A stretch of 64,000 nt of DNA from an uncultured Anaerolineales bacterium (lineage in GTDB: Bacteria; Chloroflexota; Anaerolineae; Anaerolineales; UBA11858): assembly GCA_964621835.1 (NCBI GenBank), contig CAZUMA010000003.1, positions 1,727 through 65,726 on the forward strand, read 5' to 3'. Positions 37,408-47,441 of this stretch are shown here, one piece after another. The stretch's first letter is position 1. Each line of letters opens with the position of its first letter. Below the pieces are notes generated by a model, which saw nothing but the letters and a program-made list of their open reading frames with translations, made no database searches and had not been told where the DNA came from. The position numbers and the translations under genes were made by a program.

Positions 37408-39933
37408 CTATCCCACCGGGATCGGTTCTTCCTGGTCCTCTGGATCGAAATCATTTTCCAGCTGGGAGGGTTTGCCTTTCTTGAGGACGATTCTGTTCTC
37501 CTCTTCCTCCTCAGATTCCTCCACATCTACCAGCACTATATCACCATCCGAGAATTTTCCAGCAAGAACTGCATCCGATAGCTGATTTTCAATCTTCTCC
37601 TGGATGACCCTCTTCAGCGGTCTGGCTCCCATTTCAGGGTTGTATCCCAGCTCTGCCAGCAGATCGACCCCTTCTTCCGTAATCGCCAATCGCAGGTTCT
37701 TTTCTACCAGGCGGTCGCGGACCTTATCCAATTCCAGGCTGACAATATCCCGGATATTTTCCTTACTGAGCGAGTGGAAAACGACCACGGAGTCCACACG
37801 GTTGATAAACTCGGGACGGAAGGTGTTTTTGAGGGATTTCATTAATTTGCTGCGCATCTCCTCATAATCACGCTGTCGGGCGGCTTCTTCATCCCGTGTC
37901 AGTTCAAATCCAATTGCCGCATTATTCTGAATCAGATCAGCGCCGATGTTTGAAGTCATGATCACCATGGCATTCCGGAAGTCTACCGTTCGGCCGCGGG
38001 CATCGGTGATGTGTCCCTCCTCCATGATTTGGAGAAGCATGTTGTGAGCTTCATGGTGGGCTTTTTCGATTTCATCAAAGACCACAATGGAGTAAGGCCT
38101 TCTCCGGATGGCTTCAGTTAGCTGTCCTGCATCATCATAGCCCACATACCCTGGAGGTGCGCCTACCAGCCGACTGACGCTGTGCCGCTCCATAAACTCG
38201 GACATATCCAGGTGAATGAGCGCTTGCTCGCTTCCAAAGATAAATTTTGCCAAGGCTTTGGTCAGCTCAGTTTTTCCAACCCCGGTCGGTCCTAAGAAGA
38301 TAAAGGATCCTACAGGGCGTTTGGGATCTTTCAAACCAGCCCTGGACCGTCGAACTGCCTTGGAAATTTTTTCTATCGCTTCCTCCTGGCCCACAATGTG
38401 CTTGTGCAGCTCTTCTTCCATATTCAGCAAGCGGTCAGACTCTTCTTCGGCCAATTCAGTTACCGGGATCCCAGTCCACATAGAAACGATCTCAGCGATG
38501 TCCTCCACCGATACCGTGGGGCTGCTGTCCCGGTCCCAAGCAGCTTTCAGCTCGTCCAGCTCATCTTCAAGGGTGGCCTCTTCATCCTCCAGCAAGCGGG
38601 TTGAAGTGGGATCTTCATCTTCAAGGAGTTTGATTTCCTTGCGAATATTCCGCAGCTTGCGAACGACCTCTTTGGCCGACTCGCCAATGGGATTTTTATA
38701 CATTCGGACCCGCGAGGATGCTTCATCAATCAGGTCGATGGCCTTGTCCGGTAAGAAGCGGTCTGATACATACCGCGCCGAAAGATCGGTTGCGGCTTCG
38801 AGGGCTTTGTTGGAGATTTTCAGCTGGTGATGATCCTCATAAGCCGAGCGGATGCCTTTCAAGATTTCAATGGTCTCCTCTTGAGAAGGCTCATCTACTG
38901 TGATGGGCTGAAAACGCCGTTCTAACGCTGCATCGCTCTCAATATGCTTGCGGTATTCATCCAGTGTGGTTGCACCTACAACCTGCAGCTCCCCCCGGGA
39001 CAAAGCAGGTTTGAGGATATTGGCCGCATCCATCGCGGACCCGGCCGATCCCGCTCCCACCAACATATGGACCTCGTCAATAAACAGGATGGCGTCGGAT
39101 TGCTTTAGCTCGGAAATCACCCGTTTCAACCGTTCCTCAAATTGACCCCGGTACATGGTTCCGGCAACCACAGAACCCAGGTCAAGCTGCAGGACCCGTT
39201 TTCCGAGCAGCGGTGCAGGAACTTCGCCATCCGCGATGCGCTGCGTGAGTCCTTCGACGATCGCCGTTTTTCCGACACCGGGTTCACCAATTAAAGCCGG
39301 ATTGTTTTTGGTTCTCCGGGCCAGAATTTGGACTACTCGCTCAATTTCCTTTTCCCGGCCAATCACCGGGTCCAGCTTGCTCTCTTCGGCGAGTTCAGTG
39401 AGGTTCACAGCGAGCTGATCAACCATGGGGGTGGCGCTTTTTCCCTTGGACCGCTTTGGGCCCCGGCCCTGGCTGCGCTCCCGCTGAAGTTTATTTTTCT
39501 CCCTGCTTTCCTCAATCACGCGCAGGGTCTGACGGCGAATTTGCTCAGGGGTCAACCCGAGCTGGCTGAGAACGTCAATCGCAATCCCTTTTCCATGAGA
39601 AATCAATCCTAAGAGAATGTGCTCCACACCGATATAATGATGACCCAGCTTCCGGGCTTCTTCCACAGCTAACTCCAGGACCCGCTGTGTCCCCGGGGAG
39701 AGCGCCAGGGCATCACCGCGAAAATCCCCGTATCCTGTAATGCTTTCTGTTACCGTCAGTACGCTTTCAATGTCCAGGCCCAGGTCGCGAAGTACGCGTC
39801 CGGCGATGCCGCCTTGATCTCTCAGCAATCCCAACAATAAATGCTCCGTACCGATCTGAGCATGGTGCATACGTTCCGCTTCCTTATGGGCTAAGCTCAA
39901 CACCCTTCGGGCACGTTGGGTAAATCTTTCCAT
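37408..39933 (-). CDS. clpC: ATP-dependent Clp protease ATP-binding subunit ClpC
   Basis: Two Clp_N repeats ([11 protein letters not shown].., [10 protein letters not shown] / [10 protein letters not shown]) and two AAA+ modules ([18 protein letters not shown]). The start is uncertain (ATG 39933, TTG 39942 or TTG 39960). Confidence 0.9.
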   Translation of the reverse strand: MERFTQRARRVLSLAHKEAERMHHAQIGTEHLLLGLLRDQGGIAGRVLRDLGLDIESVLTVTESITGYGDFRGDALALSPGTQRVLELAVEEARKLGHHYIGVEHILLGLISHGKGIAIDVLSQLGLTPEQIRRQTLRVIEESREKNKLQRERSQGRGPKRSKGKSATPMVDQLAVNLTELAEESKLDPVIGREKEIERVVQILARRTKNNPALIGEPGVGKTAIVEGLTQRIADGEVPAPLLGKRVLQLDLGSVVAGTMYRGQFEERLKRVISELKQSDAILFIDEVHMLVGAGSAGSAMDAANILKPALSRGELQVVGATTLDEYRKHIESDAALERRFQPITVDEPSQEETIEILKGIRSAYEDHHQLKISNKALEAATDLSARYVSDRFLPDKAIDLIDEASSRVRMYKNPIGESAKEVVRKLRNIRKEIKLLEDEDPTSTRLLEDEEATLEDELDELKAAWDRDSSPTVSVEDIAEIVSMWTGIPVTELAEEESDRLLNMEEELHKHIVGQEEAIEKISKAVRRSRAGLKDPKRPVGSFIFLGPTGVGKTELTKALAKFIFGSEQALIHLDMSEFMERHSVSRLVGAPPGYVGYDDAGQLTEAIRRRPYSIVVFDEIEKAHHEAHNMLLQIMEEGHITDARGRTVDFRNAMVIMTSNIGADLIQNNAAIGFELTRDEEAARQRDYEEMRSKLMKSLKNTFRPEFINRVDSVVVFHSLSKENIRDIVSLELDKVRDRLVEKNLRLAITEEGVDLLAELGYNPEMGARPLKRVIQEKIENQLSDAVLAGKFSDGDIVLVDVEESEEEEENRIVLKKGKPSQLENDFDPEDQEEPIPVG

Positions 39934-40133
39934 GCTAGCCAAAGTAAAATCCTCCTGCAACCAACCGGATTTCTGCCTTCCGGATCGACGTTGCTACAAA
40001 GCAAGAATAAGAATAGCCCCCTCCACAAATCAGGTACACAGATTCTACCAAATTTAGATTTGAATTTTTATACCATACTCACTTTTAATAAAAGTATAAT
40101 AATAAACTTCCTGTTAGCTCAAATAAGCCTGGA

Positions 40134-40163
40134 ATAAAAAAAGCGCATCTTATTGATGCGCTT
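40134..40163 (-). terminator. Intrinsic terminator downstream of rpsA
   Basis: On the minus strand: 9-bp stem AAGCGCATC / GATGCGCTT, loop AATAA, then a T-run. Confidence 0.75.
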
Positions 40164-40176
40164 GGATAGGATTATT

Positions 40177-41463
40177 TTACTCATTTTCCGGGGGAGATTG
40201 GTCCGCAGGCTGGACATCCTCCTCTTCTACCACTGCTTCAGCTACCGCTGCATCCAGCCCGGACTCGTCATCCAGCTCCTCCTGGAGCAGTTCAAAATCA
40301 AGCGAGGCATATTCATCCGAATCCACTTTGTCCAGGCTCAATCCAATTCGATGCCGCTCCATGTCAAGGCTGATTACCCGCAGCGTCAGGGTTTCATTGA
40401 CGCTGACCACCTCGGAGGGATGGCCAATCCGGTCCGGGCTGAGTTCGGAGATGTGGATCAAACCCTCTAAATCAGTATCCTCAATTCTCGCAAAAGCCCC
40501 GAAATCAGTCAGATTGGTGATCACGCCCTGAATCAGCTGCCCTTCCTGGATTTCCTTGGCTTTTTCCAGCCATGGGTTCTTCTGCAGCCTTCTCAATGAG
40601 AGCCCGATGCGGCGTTTTTCCTCATCGATACTGATGACTTCCACCTCCACTTCCTGGCCGACTTTCACCAGATCGCTGGGGTGATCCACATGGTCCCAGG
40701 ATAGTTCGGAGAGGTGAACCAGGCCGTCGACACCCTGAATGTTCACAAAGGCACCAAAATCTGCCAGGCTGCTGACGTATCCGGTCACCTGATCGCCGAC
40801 CGAGAGATTCTCAAGCAGCTGGTCTTTAATTGCTTCCCGCGTCTCCCCGATTGCATCCCGCTCTGAAAGAATCAACCGCTGGCGGGAGCGATCCACCTCA
40901 ATGACCTTGAGGGTAATCTCCTCTCCCACGGTCTCAGACCAACGATCGTCCGGGGTTGCTCCTTCTCCCTCTCGAAACACACTTACCAATGAGCCGGGAA
41001 CAAACCCTCGCAGCTCACCTACCGGGACCAGCAATCCGCCTTTATTGAATCCCTCAATAATGGTGGTAATTGTTTCCCCAGAGTCTAGACATTCCTCCAC
41101 TCGCTCCCAATCCTTTTCTTCCTGGGCGCGGGTGTAGGAGAGCAGAACATGCCCATTGACATCCTCTGGCTCAAGGACATACACCGGGATTTCATCTCCA
41201 ATCTGAAAACTTTCCAGCGTTTCCGAATTGACATTTTCTAACTCCCGGCCGGCAATCAACCCATCAGCCTTGGCCTGGACATCAATCAGGATCCCGTGAG
41301 ATGTGATCGAGGTAATCACTCCCTTGCGGACATCACCTTTTTCAGGGATGTTCCCTAATCCCAGCCCTTCCTGGGCAAGCAGGGTCTCCATGTCCATGGA
41401 TTCTGCTTCCGATGGCTGTCCGTTGCTGAGCCCTCCCCCGTTTTGCGACATCTTTTCATCCAT
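40177..41463 (-). CDS. rpsA: 30S ribosomal protein S1 (four S1 domains, acidic C-terminus)
   Basis: Repeated S1 OB-fold patterns (G.V......G..V.....GL.H.SE.). Start taken as the ATG at 41463 (MDEKMSQ...). Confidence 0.85.
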   Translation of the reverse strand: MDEKMSQNGGGLSNGQPSEAESMDMETLLAQEGLGLGNIPEKGDVRKGVITSITSHGILIDVQAKADGLIAGRELENVNSETLESFQIGDEIPVYVLEPEDVNGHVLLSYTRAQEEKDWERVEECLDSGETITTIIEGFNKGGLLVPVGELRGFVPGSLVSVFREGEGATPDDRWSETVGEEITLKVIEVDRSRQRLILSERDAIGETREAIKDQLLENLSVGDQVTGYVSSLADFGAFVNIQGVDGLVHLSELSWDHVDHPSDLVKVGQEVEVEVISIDEEKRRIGLSLRRLQKNPWLEKAKEIQEGQLIQGVITNLTDFGAFARIEDTDLEGLIHISELSPDRIGHPSEVVSVNETLTLRVISLDMERHRIGLSLDKVDSDEYASLDFELLQEELDDESGLDAAVAEAVVEEEDVQPADQSPPENE

Positions 41464-41629
41464 AAAATTACACGCTCCAAAAATGAGATGGTCATCATTA
41501 TACAGTGCAAAAGTCAAGTTGGCAACCTTTGTGGTATGATAGTCCCGATGAAAAATTGCCCGAAATCAGGGCGAATAACAGCTTGATTGGTAGGGAGGAC
41601 AGGCCTGTCCTCACCAAAAAAGGCAGCCT

Positions 41630-42769
41630 ATGACAGCCATTTACCCTTTTACAGCCATTGTCGGCCAGGAACGGATGAAGCGGGCCCTGGTCCTCAATGC
41701 AGTCAACACAAGGATTGGCGGTGTGCTGATCAGGGGAGAGCGCGGGACGGCAAAATCCACCGCAGCCCGGGCTCTGGCCGCCCTCCTGCCCAGGGTGAAA
41801 ACCTTTTCAGACTGCCGCTTTGGATGTGATCCAAACCGGCCGGCAACCTGGTGCACAGAATGCAGGGAGCGGGCCAAAAACGGGGACGAACGTCAGGTGG
41901 AAATGCTCCCCACGCCATTTGTCAACCTGCCGGTATCTGCAACAGAGGATCGGGTGGTTGGCACCCTGGACCTTGAAAAAGCCATTCAGAAAGGGGAGCG
42001 TCACTTTGAACCAGGGGTGTTGGCGGATGCCAACCGGGGTCTTTTATACATCGATGAAGTAAACCTGCTGGACGATCATGTTGTCGATCTGCTGCTTGAT
42101 TCAGCGGCGATGGGGATGAACATCGTTGAGAGGGAAGGAATTTCCTTTAATCATCCCGCCCGGTTCATCCTGGTGGGGACGATGAATCCTGAGGAGGGAG
42201 ATCTGCGGCCGCAGCTCCTGGATCGATTTGCCCTCGCAGTCAACATCCGGGGAATCCGGGAAACCCGGGAGCGCGTCCTGATCATGGAACGTCATCTGGC
42301 CTACGAGGAGGATCCGCAGCACTTTCGTGAGCAGTGGCTCCCCCAGGAGGAAGAGCTCTCCGAGCAAATCGCCCAGGCCCGAAAATTGCTTCCCGAGGTA
42401 AATTACTCCTCCAGAAATCTGGTTGAAATCGCAAATTTGAGCACCTCTCTCCATGTCGACGGGCACAGGTCCGACCTGGTCATCCTCAAGACCGCCCGAG
42501 CCCACGCTGCGTTTGAAGGCAGAACAACCATTACCGGCCGGGATATCGCCTTAGCTGCCGAATTGGCTTATCCACATCGGTTGAAGCGGGGTCCATTCCA
42601 GGAGTCCGACATCACAGCAGAAGAACTGGCAGAGAAAATTGAGCAGCTGAAAGGGGGTTCGCTGTCAGCAGATCCGGCTGCTCCAGCAGAAGAATCCCGG
42701 GATGGATCCGCTCAAGAAGCGGGTCAAACAGGGGATAAAAAAAAAAGCCAGCCAGCGCAGCCGAGGTAA
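41630..42769 (+). CDS. Mg-chelatase subunit I (ChlI/BchI) family AAA+ ATPase with a Cys-rich insert and a linker-like C-terminal tail
   Basis: [37 protein letters not shown] (Walker A), [19 protein letters not shown] (Walker B), [35 protein letters not shown]. Ends 8 codons after an A10 tract. Confidence 0.85.
   Translation: MTAIYPFTAIVGQERMKRALVLNAVNTRIGGVLIRGERGTAKSTAARALAALLPRVKTFSDCRFGCDPNRPATWCTECRERAKNGDERQVEMLPTPFVNLPVSATEDRVVGTLDLEKAIQKGERHFEPGVLADANRGLLYIDEVNLLDDHVVDLLLDSAAMGMNIVEREGISFNHPARFILVGTMNPEEGDLRPQLLDRFALAVNIRGIRETRERVLIMERHLAYEEDPQHFREQWLPQEEELSEQIAQARKLLPEVNYSSRNLVEIANLSTSLHVDGHRSDLVILKTARAHAAFEGRTTITGRDIALAAELAYPHRLKRGPFQESDITAEELAEKIEQLKGGSLSADPAAPAEESRDGSAQEAGQTGDKKKSQPAQPR
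42737..42746 (+). other. A10 homopolymer at the ChlI-like / VWA junction; a candidate -1 frameshift or indel site
   Basis: Ten consecutive A read directly. The -1 frame is open from 42739 (just after TAA 42736-38) and runs straight into the VWA ORF. Confidence 0.6.
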
Positions 42770-42810
42770 TTGAAGGAAAGGATCCACCGCTGGAGGCTGG
42801 CCATCAAGAA

Positions 42811-43695
42811 GTGTTTGATTCAGGATCCGCCGACTGGTGGGAGGGGGGGGATCCGGTCAAAATCGGGGACACCTTCAACCCGGACCTCCTGGATACACCC
42901 CTCGACCGGCGGGAACGCCGTTCCAGTGGAAGACGATCTCAGACCAAGACGGAAAGAAAACGCGGCCGCTACATCCAGGCACGACCCGCTCACGGTGAAA
43001 TCTCAGACATCGCTCTCGATGCCACCATTCGGGCTGCCGCGCCCTATCAAAAACAGCGGCGTGACGATCCCCAGCAGCTGGCATTTTCCATAAAAAAACA
43101 AGATCTGCAGCGGAAAGTGCGTATCAAGCGGACATCGAACCTGATTCTTTTCGTCGTGGATGCCTCCTGGTCAATGGCGGTCGCTGAGCGGATGAGCGCC
43201 ACCAAGGGCGCAATCCTCTCGCTGCTTACCGATGCCTATCAGCGCAGGGACCGTGTGGGGCTGGTCGTCTTTCAGAAAGACCGGGCTGTGCTGGTGCTTC
43301 CCCCTACTAACTCTGTTCTGCTGGCCCAAAAATCCCTCTCCGACATCCCTGTGGGTGGGAAAACCCCCCTGTCAGCGGGACTTCACCTGGCCTATCAAGT
43401 CATTCGCCGGGAAGGCATCTCCCGCCCTGACATCCGTCCTCTGATGATCTTGCTCACGGATGGAGTCGGGAACGTTTCCATGACCCACCTCCCCCCCCAG
43501 GAGGAAGCCCAGAAAATCGCCGAGCAGATCGCTGCAGCCGAGATCCCTGCCATCGTGATCAATATGGAACACCAGGAATTTGATAAGGGGTTGGCCAGAG
43601 AGATCGCTAACCACCTTAAAGCTTCCTATTACAGCCTGGCAGATTTACACGCGGAAAAACTGCTGCAAACCGTGAAAGGGGAAATTCACCAGTAA
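42811..43695 (+). CDS. VWA domain protein equivalent to the linker plus C-terminal integrin-I domain of Mg-chelatase subunit D (ChlD/BchD)
   Basis: RGRYIQARP...DIALDATIRAAAPYQ...LILFVVDASWSM (MIDAS DxSxS) ...LLTDG. The only in-frame starts are GTG 42811, with a poorly spaced SD, or non-canonical codons upstream. Confidence 0.7.
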   Translation: MFDSGSADWWEGGDPVKIGDTFNPDLLDTPLDRRERRSSGRRSQTKTERKRGRYIQARPAHGEISDIALDATIRAAAPYQKQRRDDPQQLAFSIKKQDLQRKVRIKRTSNLILFVVDASWSMAVAERMSATKGAILSLLTDAYQRRDRVGLVVFQKDRAVLVLPPTNSVLLAQKSLSDIPVGGKTPLSAGLHLAYQVIRREGISRPDIRPLMILLTDGVGNVSMTHLPPQEEAQKIAEQIAAAEIPAIVINMEHQEFDKGLAREIANHLKASYYSLADLHAEKLLQTVKGEIHQ

Positions 43696-43763
43696 AGTTT
43701 GGGATGGCGCGGGAACCCCGGCGCCGCTCTCTTTTCCCCACACGATCTGTTATCATTAGGGCG

Positions 43764-46340
43764 ATGATTCCCCTCTCACTGACGATCGCTGGATTTCTTT
43801 CCTACCAGGATCCGGTCGAGATCGATTTCTCCGGGATCGACCTCGTCTGCATCACCGGGGACAATGGCGCCGGTAAATCGACAATCCTGGATGCCATCAC
43901 CTGGGTGCTGTTTGGTCGAGCAAGGAAACATGATGAATCCATCATCAATCTTAACTCCGAGACAGCGGAGGTGAACCTCGAGTTTGCATATGAGGACAGC
44001 CGCTACCGGGTGATCCGAATCAACCCGCGGGGGAAAACCAAAACTGTCGAATTTTTTATCCAGGGACCCCAAGAATCCCCGGACCAGTCACCCACCTGGA
44101 TTCCATTAACCGAGCGGACCATCCGGGAAACAGATCAAAAAATCATCGACGTTCTGCGCCTGGATTACGAGACCTTCATCAATGCGGTGTTCTTTCTCCA
44201 GGGGGAAGCAGATCAATTCACAATCCAAACCCCCTCAGCAAGAAAGCAGATCCTCTCAAAAATATTGAACCTGGATATCTGGGAGACCTACAAGCAGCGA
44301 GCTCGCCAGCATGGGAACCGGCTCACCTCCAAACTGATGACCCTGGAAGACCGCATGTCAAATATCCAGAATGAACTCGCTTCGGAGGAAGAAAGAAGGT
44401 CAACCCTGGAAGCCCTGCAAGCAGAGCTTGATCAGGCAGTCCAGGAGCGTGAAGCGCAGGAAAAAGTGCTGGAGGAGATGAGAGGCCGCCGGGCTGCGCT
44501 TGAGGAACAGCGCAAGCTGGTTGAAGCCCTCCGCGGCCAACTTACAACCACGCAGGAGAAGCTCTCTCAGCTCACTGCCAGGATCCAGGAGCGGGAACTC
44601 GAACAGGACAAACATCAGAAACTGATCGAGAAGAAAGATGAGGTGGAGAGGAAATACCAGGAATGGCAAGCAGCTCAAAATGAACTGAGCGAGTGGGACA
44701 AGACAGCTGAGAACTTTCATCTGCAGGAAAAAAAACGGCAGGGACCCCTGACCACCCTGGCCGCTGAAGAAGCCAGGCTGACCCAGGAAATCTCCGACCT
44801 TGAGACCCAGCAAGCGGCCCTGCAGCAGTTGGTTTCCAAGCTCCCCACCCTGGAAGAAGAGGTTGCCCGGGAAACCGAATTCATCCAGGAAGCAGAGACC
44901 CGGCTGAAAGAACGGGACCAAACAAAATCATCCCTGGAAGAAGCGCGGCAGCAGCTGGCCGATGCCAGGGCGGAAAATCCCCGCCTGATGAAAGAAATGA
45001 AAGAGCTGGAAAGGCGCATCCAGGAGCTGAGTGACACGGAGGGGGCAACCTGTCCCCTCTGCGGGCAGCAGCTCCCCCCGGAGGAGCGGGCTGAATTGGT
45101 TGAGTCGCTCAAACGCACAGGAAAAGATCTTGGGGATCGCTACCGGAGCAATCAAAAGCTGCTCGAAGAAGCAGATCAAATCGTCCGGGAGCGGCAGGTC
45201 AAAATCACCAAACTGAGTGCTGCAGAAAAAGACCTCCGGTCCCACAATAAAAAAGCTGACCAGCTGGAAAATCAGATCACGGAAATTAAATCAAAACAAT
45301 CTGCCTGGGAATCCGGGCCCGGAAAGAAATTAGCAGACCACCAACGCGTGGTCGAGGAAAAATCCTTTGCCCCCCAGGCCAGAAAAGAGCTGGAGGCCAT
45401 CCATCAAACCCTCAAGGAAATCGGCTACGATGCTGCCCGACACGACCAGGTTAAAGAGCTCGTGGCTGAAGGGGACACCATTCAACAACAGATCAGAGCC
45501 CTTGATCAAGCCCAGGCTGCTTTGACAGCGCTGGATCGCGAGATAGCTGATCTTAAAAAGCAGCACCAGGAAGAAACCGATCAGCTCTCCAAACAAATCC
45601 AAACCCTGGAGGAAAGCCAGCAGAAACTGGAGACTTCAGCTGAGAAACTGCCCTCGCTGGATCAAGCTGAACAGGCTCTGCGGGAGTTAAGAGAAAAAGA
45701 AAATATCCTCCAGCGAAACCTGGGCGCCGCCCAACAGAAAGTTTCGGTTTTGGAGACTCAGAAGCAAAAACGAGACCAGCTGGAGCAAGAGCGGGGGCAG
45801 ATCGCAGAGCAAATTAAGCTTACCAGCCAGCTGGAGGATGCTTTTGGGAAGAACGGCGTGCCCGCGCTGTTGATCGAGCAGGCACTCCCGCAAATAGAAA
45901 CCCGGGCTAATCAAATCCTGAACAAACTCAGCGGCGGGACCATGTCCATTCACTTTCTCACCCAGACCCCGTACCGGGATGCCGGTCGGAGCGATAAAAA
46001 GGAGACCCTTGAAATCCAAATAAAAGATCAAGCGGGAATCCGGGAGTATGAACTGTACTCCGGGGGGGAGTCCTTCCGGATCAACTTTGCAGTTCGCCTG
46101 GCAATCTCCCATCTGCTCACCCATCGGGCTGGAGCCAGGCTGCAAACGCTGGTGATCGATGAAGGCTTTGGCAGTCAGGACCTGATTGGCCGTCAGCGGT
46201 TAATTGAAGCCATCAACCTGGTCCGGGGTGATTTCAAAAAAATCCTGGTGATCACGCATGTCGAAGAAATCAAAGAAGTCTTTTCCACCCAATTCCTGGT
46301 GGAAAAAACGCCCCGTGGATCTCAGGTGACTGTCCTGTAA
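43764..46340 (+). CDS. sbcC: SbcC/Rad50-family SMC-like ATPase with a CxxC zinc hook
   Basis: N-terminal GDNGAGKSTILDAITWVLFG, a long E/Q/K/L coiled coil with central CPLCGQ, and C-terminal LSGGESFR...LVIDEGFGSQD. Start taken as the ATG at 43764. Confidence 0.8.
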   Translation: MIPLSLTIAGFLSYQDPVEIDFSGIDLVCITGDNGAGKSTILDAITWVLFGRARKHDESIINLNSETAEVNLEFAYEDSRYRVIRINPRGKTKTVEFFIQGPQESPDQSPTWIPLTERTIRETDQKIIDVLRLDYETFINAVFFLQGEADQFTIQTPSARKQILSKILNLDIWETYKQRARQHGNRLTSKLMTLEDRMSNIQNELASEEERRSTLEALQAELDQAVQEREAQEKVLEEMRGRRAALEEQRKLVEALRGQLTTTQEKLSQLTARIQERELEQDKHQKLIEKKDEVERKYQEWQAAQNELSEWDKTAENFHLQEKKRQGPLTTLAAEEARLTQEISDLETQQAALQQLVSKLPTLEEEVARETEFIQEAETRLKERDQTKSSLEEARQQLADARAENPRLMKEMKELERRIQELSDTEGATCPLCGQQLPPEERAELVESLKRTGKDLGDRYRSNQKLLEEADQIVRERQVKITKLSAAEKDLRSHNKKADQLENQITEIKSKQSAWESGPGKKLADHQRVVEEKSFAPQARKELEAIHQTLKEIGYDAARHDQVKELVAEGDTIQQQIRALDQAQAALTALDREIADLKKQHQEETDQLSKQIQTLEESQQKLETSAEKLPSLDQAEQALRELREKENILQRNLGAAQQKVSVLETQKQKRDQLEQERGQIAEQIKLTSQLEDAFGKNGVPALLIEQALPQIETRANQILNKLSGGTMSIHFLTQTPYRDAGRSDKKETLEIQIKDQAGIREYELYSGGESFRINFAVRLAISHLLTHRAGARLQTLVIDEGFGSQDLIGRQRLIEAINLVRGDFKKILVITHVEEIKEVFSTQFLVEKTPRGSQVTVL

Positions 46341-46442
46341 AGGACGGATTATCTTTGGTAAGATTTAAGAGATTACCGGCGTCATGCAGGTGGAGAAATA
46401 TCCTTAGCACCCCACAATTGGGGCCAACAAAAGGAAAAGTTC

Positions 46443-46766
46443 ATGGCAGAGATAACATATGTCACTGATGAGGAATTTGACGAGCATGTGCTCAAGGCAG
46501 ATACCCCGGTTTTGATTGATTTCACGGCAGCCTGGTGCGGGCCCTGTAAAATGCTCTCGCCGGTCGTGGAAGAATTAGCAGAGGAATGGCAGGAAAAAGT
46601 TAAGGTCCTGAAACTGGATGTAGATTCCAGCCAGGCAACTGCCATGAAATACGGAGTGATGGGCGTCCCGACGTTGATCCTTTTTAAGGATGGGGAAATT
46701 GCCGAACGCATCACGGGATTCCGACCGAAAAAGCACCTTTTGAAAACTTTCAACAGCCATATTTAA
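46443..46766 (+). CDS. trxA: Thioredoxin
   Basis: WCGPCK active site; 107 aa. Confidence 0.9.
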   Translation: MAEITYVTDEEFDEHVLKADTPVLIDFTAAWCGPCKMLSPVVEELAEEWQEKVKVLKLDVDSSQATAMKYGVMGVPTLILFKDGEIAERITGFRPKKHLLKTFNSHI

Positions 46767-46930
46767 CAATCGGCCAGGGTCTGCGCCAAAGCCCAGCGGT
46801 CAAAGGCGTGGAAGGGACCTGGAGACAGGGGACCCGTTCCCCAAAAGGTAAGCTGGATTCATTCTCTGAAACGCTTCCTTTTGGGGAATTTATGATTCAG
46901 AAAAGGACCCCAGGAGGCCAGCACTCCTGG

Positions 46931-46958
46931 TTGACAAATCAAGATAATTATTTATAAT
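46931..46958 (+). promoter_or_regulatory. Sigma-70-type promoter of the fur-cbiMQO operon
   Basis: TTGACA (46931-36), 16-nt spacer, TATAAT (46953-58), about 48 nt upstream of the fur ATG. Confidence 0.7.
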
Positions 46959-46959
46959 A

Positions 46960-46989
46960 TTATTTATTGCAATAAGTTGCAATAAATAA
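46960..46989. promoter_or_regulatory. Perfect 13+13 bp inverted repeat (putative Fur-family operator) abutting the -10 box
   Basis: TTATTTATTGCAA-TAAG-TTGCAATAAATAA read directly. It lies in an AT-rich stretch that also contains GATAAT (46943-48). Confidence 0.65.
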
Positions 46990-47005
46990 AGGGGAACAAG
47001 TAACG

Positions 47006-47428
47006 ATGAAGACAAAGATCGAAACCCTGTTTGACAACCTGCGGGAAAAAGGCTACCGGATCACTCCTCAGCGGGAGCTCATCATCAACGCGATCTCCCC
47101 AACTTCATCCCATTTCACTGCAGAAATGGTTTTCAATGCAGTCCACAAACAAGCCAGGGCTATCAACCTGGCAACCGTCTACCGCACGCTGGATTTGTTG
47201 GTTGAAGAAGGATTGATCAGCCGATCAGATTTTGGACAGGACCGGGTAATTTATGCCACAGATGAACACGGACCGCACATCCACCTGGTTTGCCGGCAGT
47301 GTGGTGAGGTGACCGCAGCGGATGCAGGCTTTGCCGATTCTCTGGACGCCAATCTCCAGAAGTCGCATGGATTCAGGCTGGACCTCAACCATTTCACGCT
47401 ATTTGGGATTTGTGCCCAATGCCAATAA
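47006..47428 (+). CDS. Fur-family metal-responsive transcriptional repressor
   Basis: Winged-helix N-terminus (ATVYRTLDLLVEEGLI), HGPHIHLVC, and two CxxC pairs (CRQCG, CAQC). Confidence 0.85.
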   Translation: MKTKIETLFDNLREKGYRITPQRELIINAISPTSSHFTAEMVFNAVHKQARAINLATVYRTLDLLVEEGLISRSDFGQDRVIYATDEHGPHIHLVCRQCGEVTAADAGFADSLDANLQKSHGFRLDLNHFTLFGICAQCQ

Positions 47429-47441
47429 GGAGAAAAGATCG

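Noticed and set aside
42770-43093. 107-aa ORF starting right after the ChlI-like stop, in the same frame.
   Set aside because: It overlaps the VWA reading frame, which has clear ChlD homology blocks. The product is Arg/Pro/Gly/Ser-rich and not protein-like.
41630-46340. AAA+ / VWA / SMC-like ATPase trio considered as a MoxR-VWA or SMC-type anti-phage defence system.
   Set aside because: The AAA+ protein matches the ChlI/BchI chelatase family block by block, and the VWA part matches the ChlD linker and I-domain. SbcC carries standard Rad50 features. No nuclease, HNH, TIR or other effector genes are adjacent. A chelatase-like complex plus a repair ATPase is the simpler reading.
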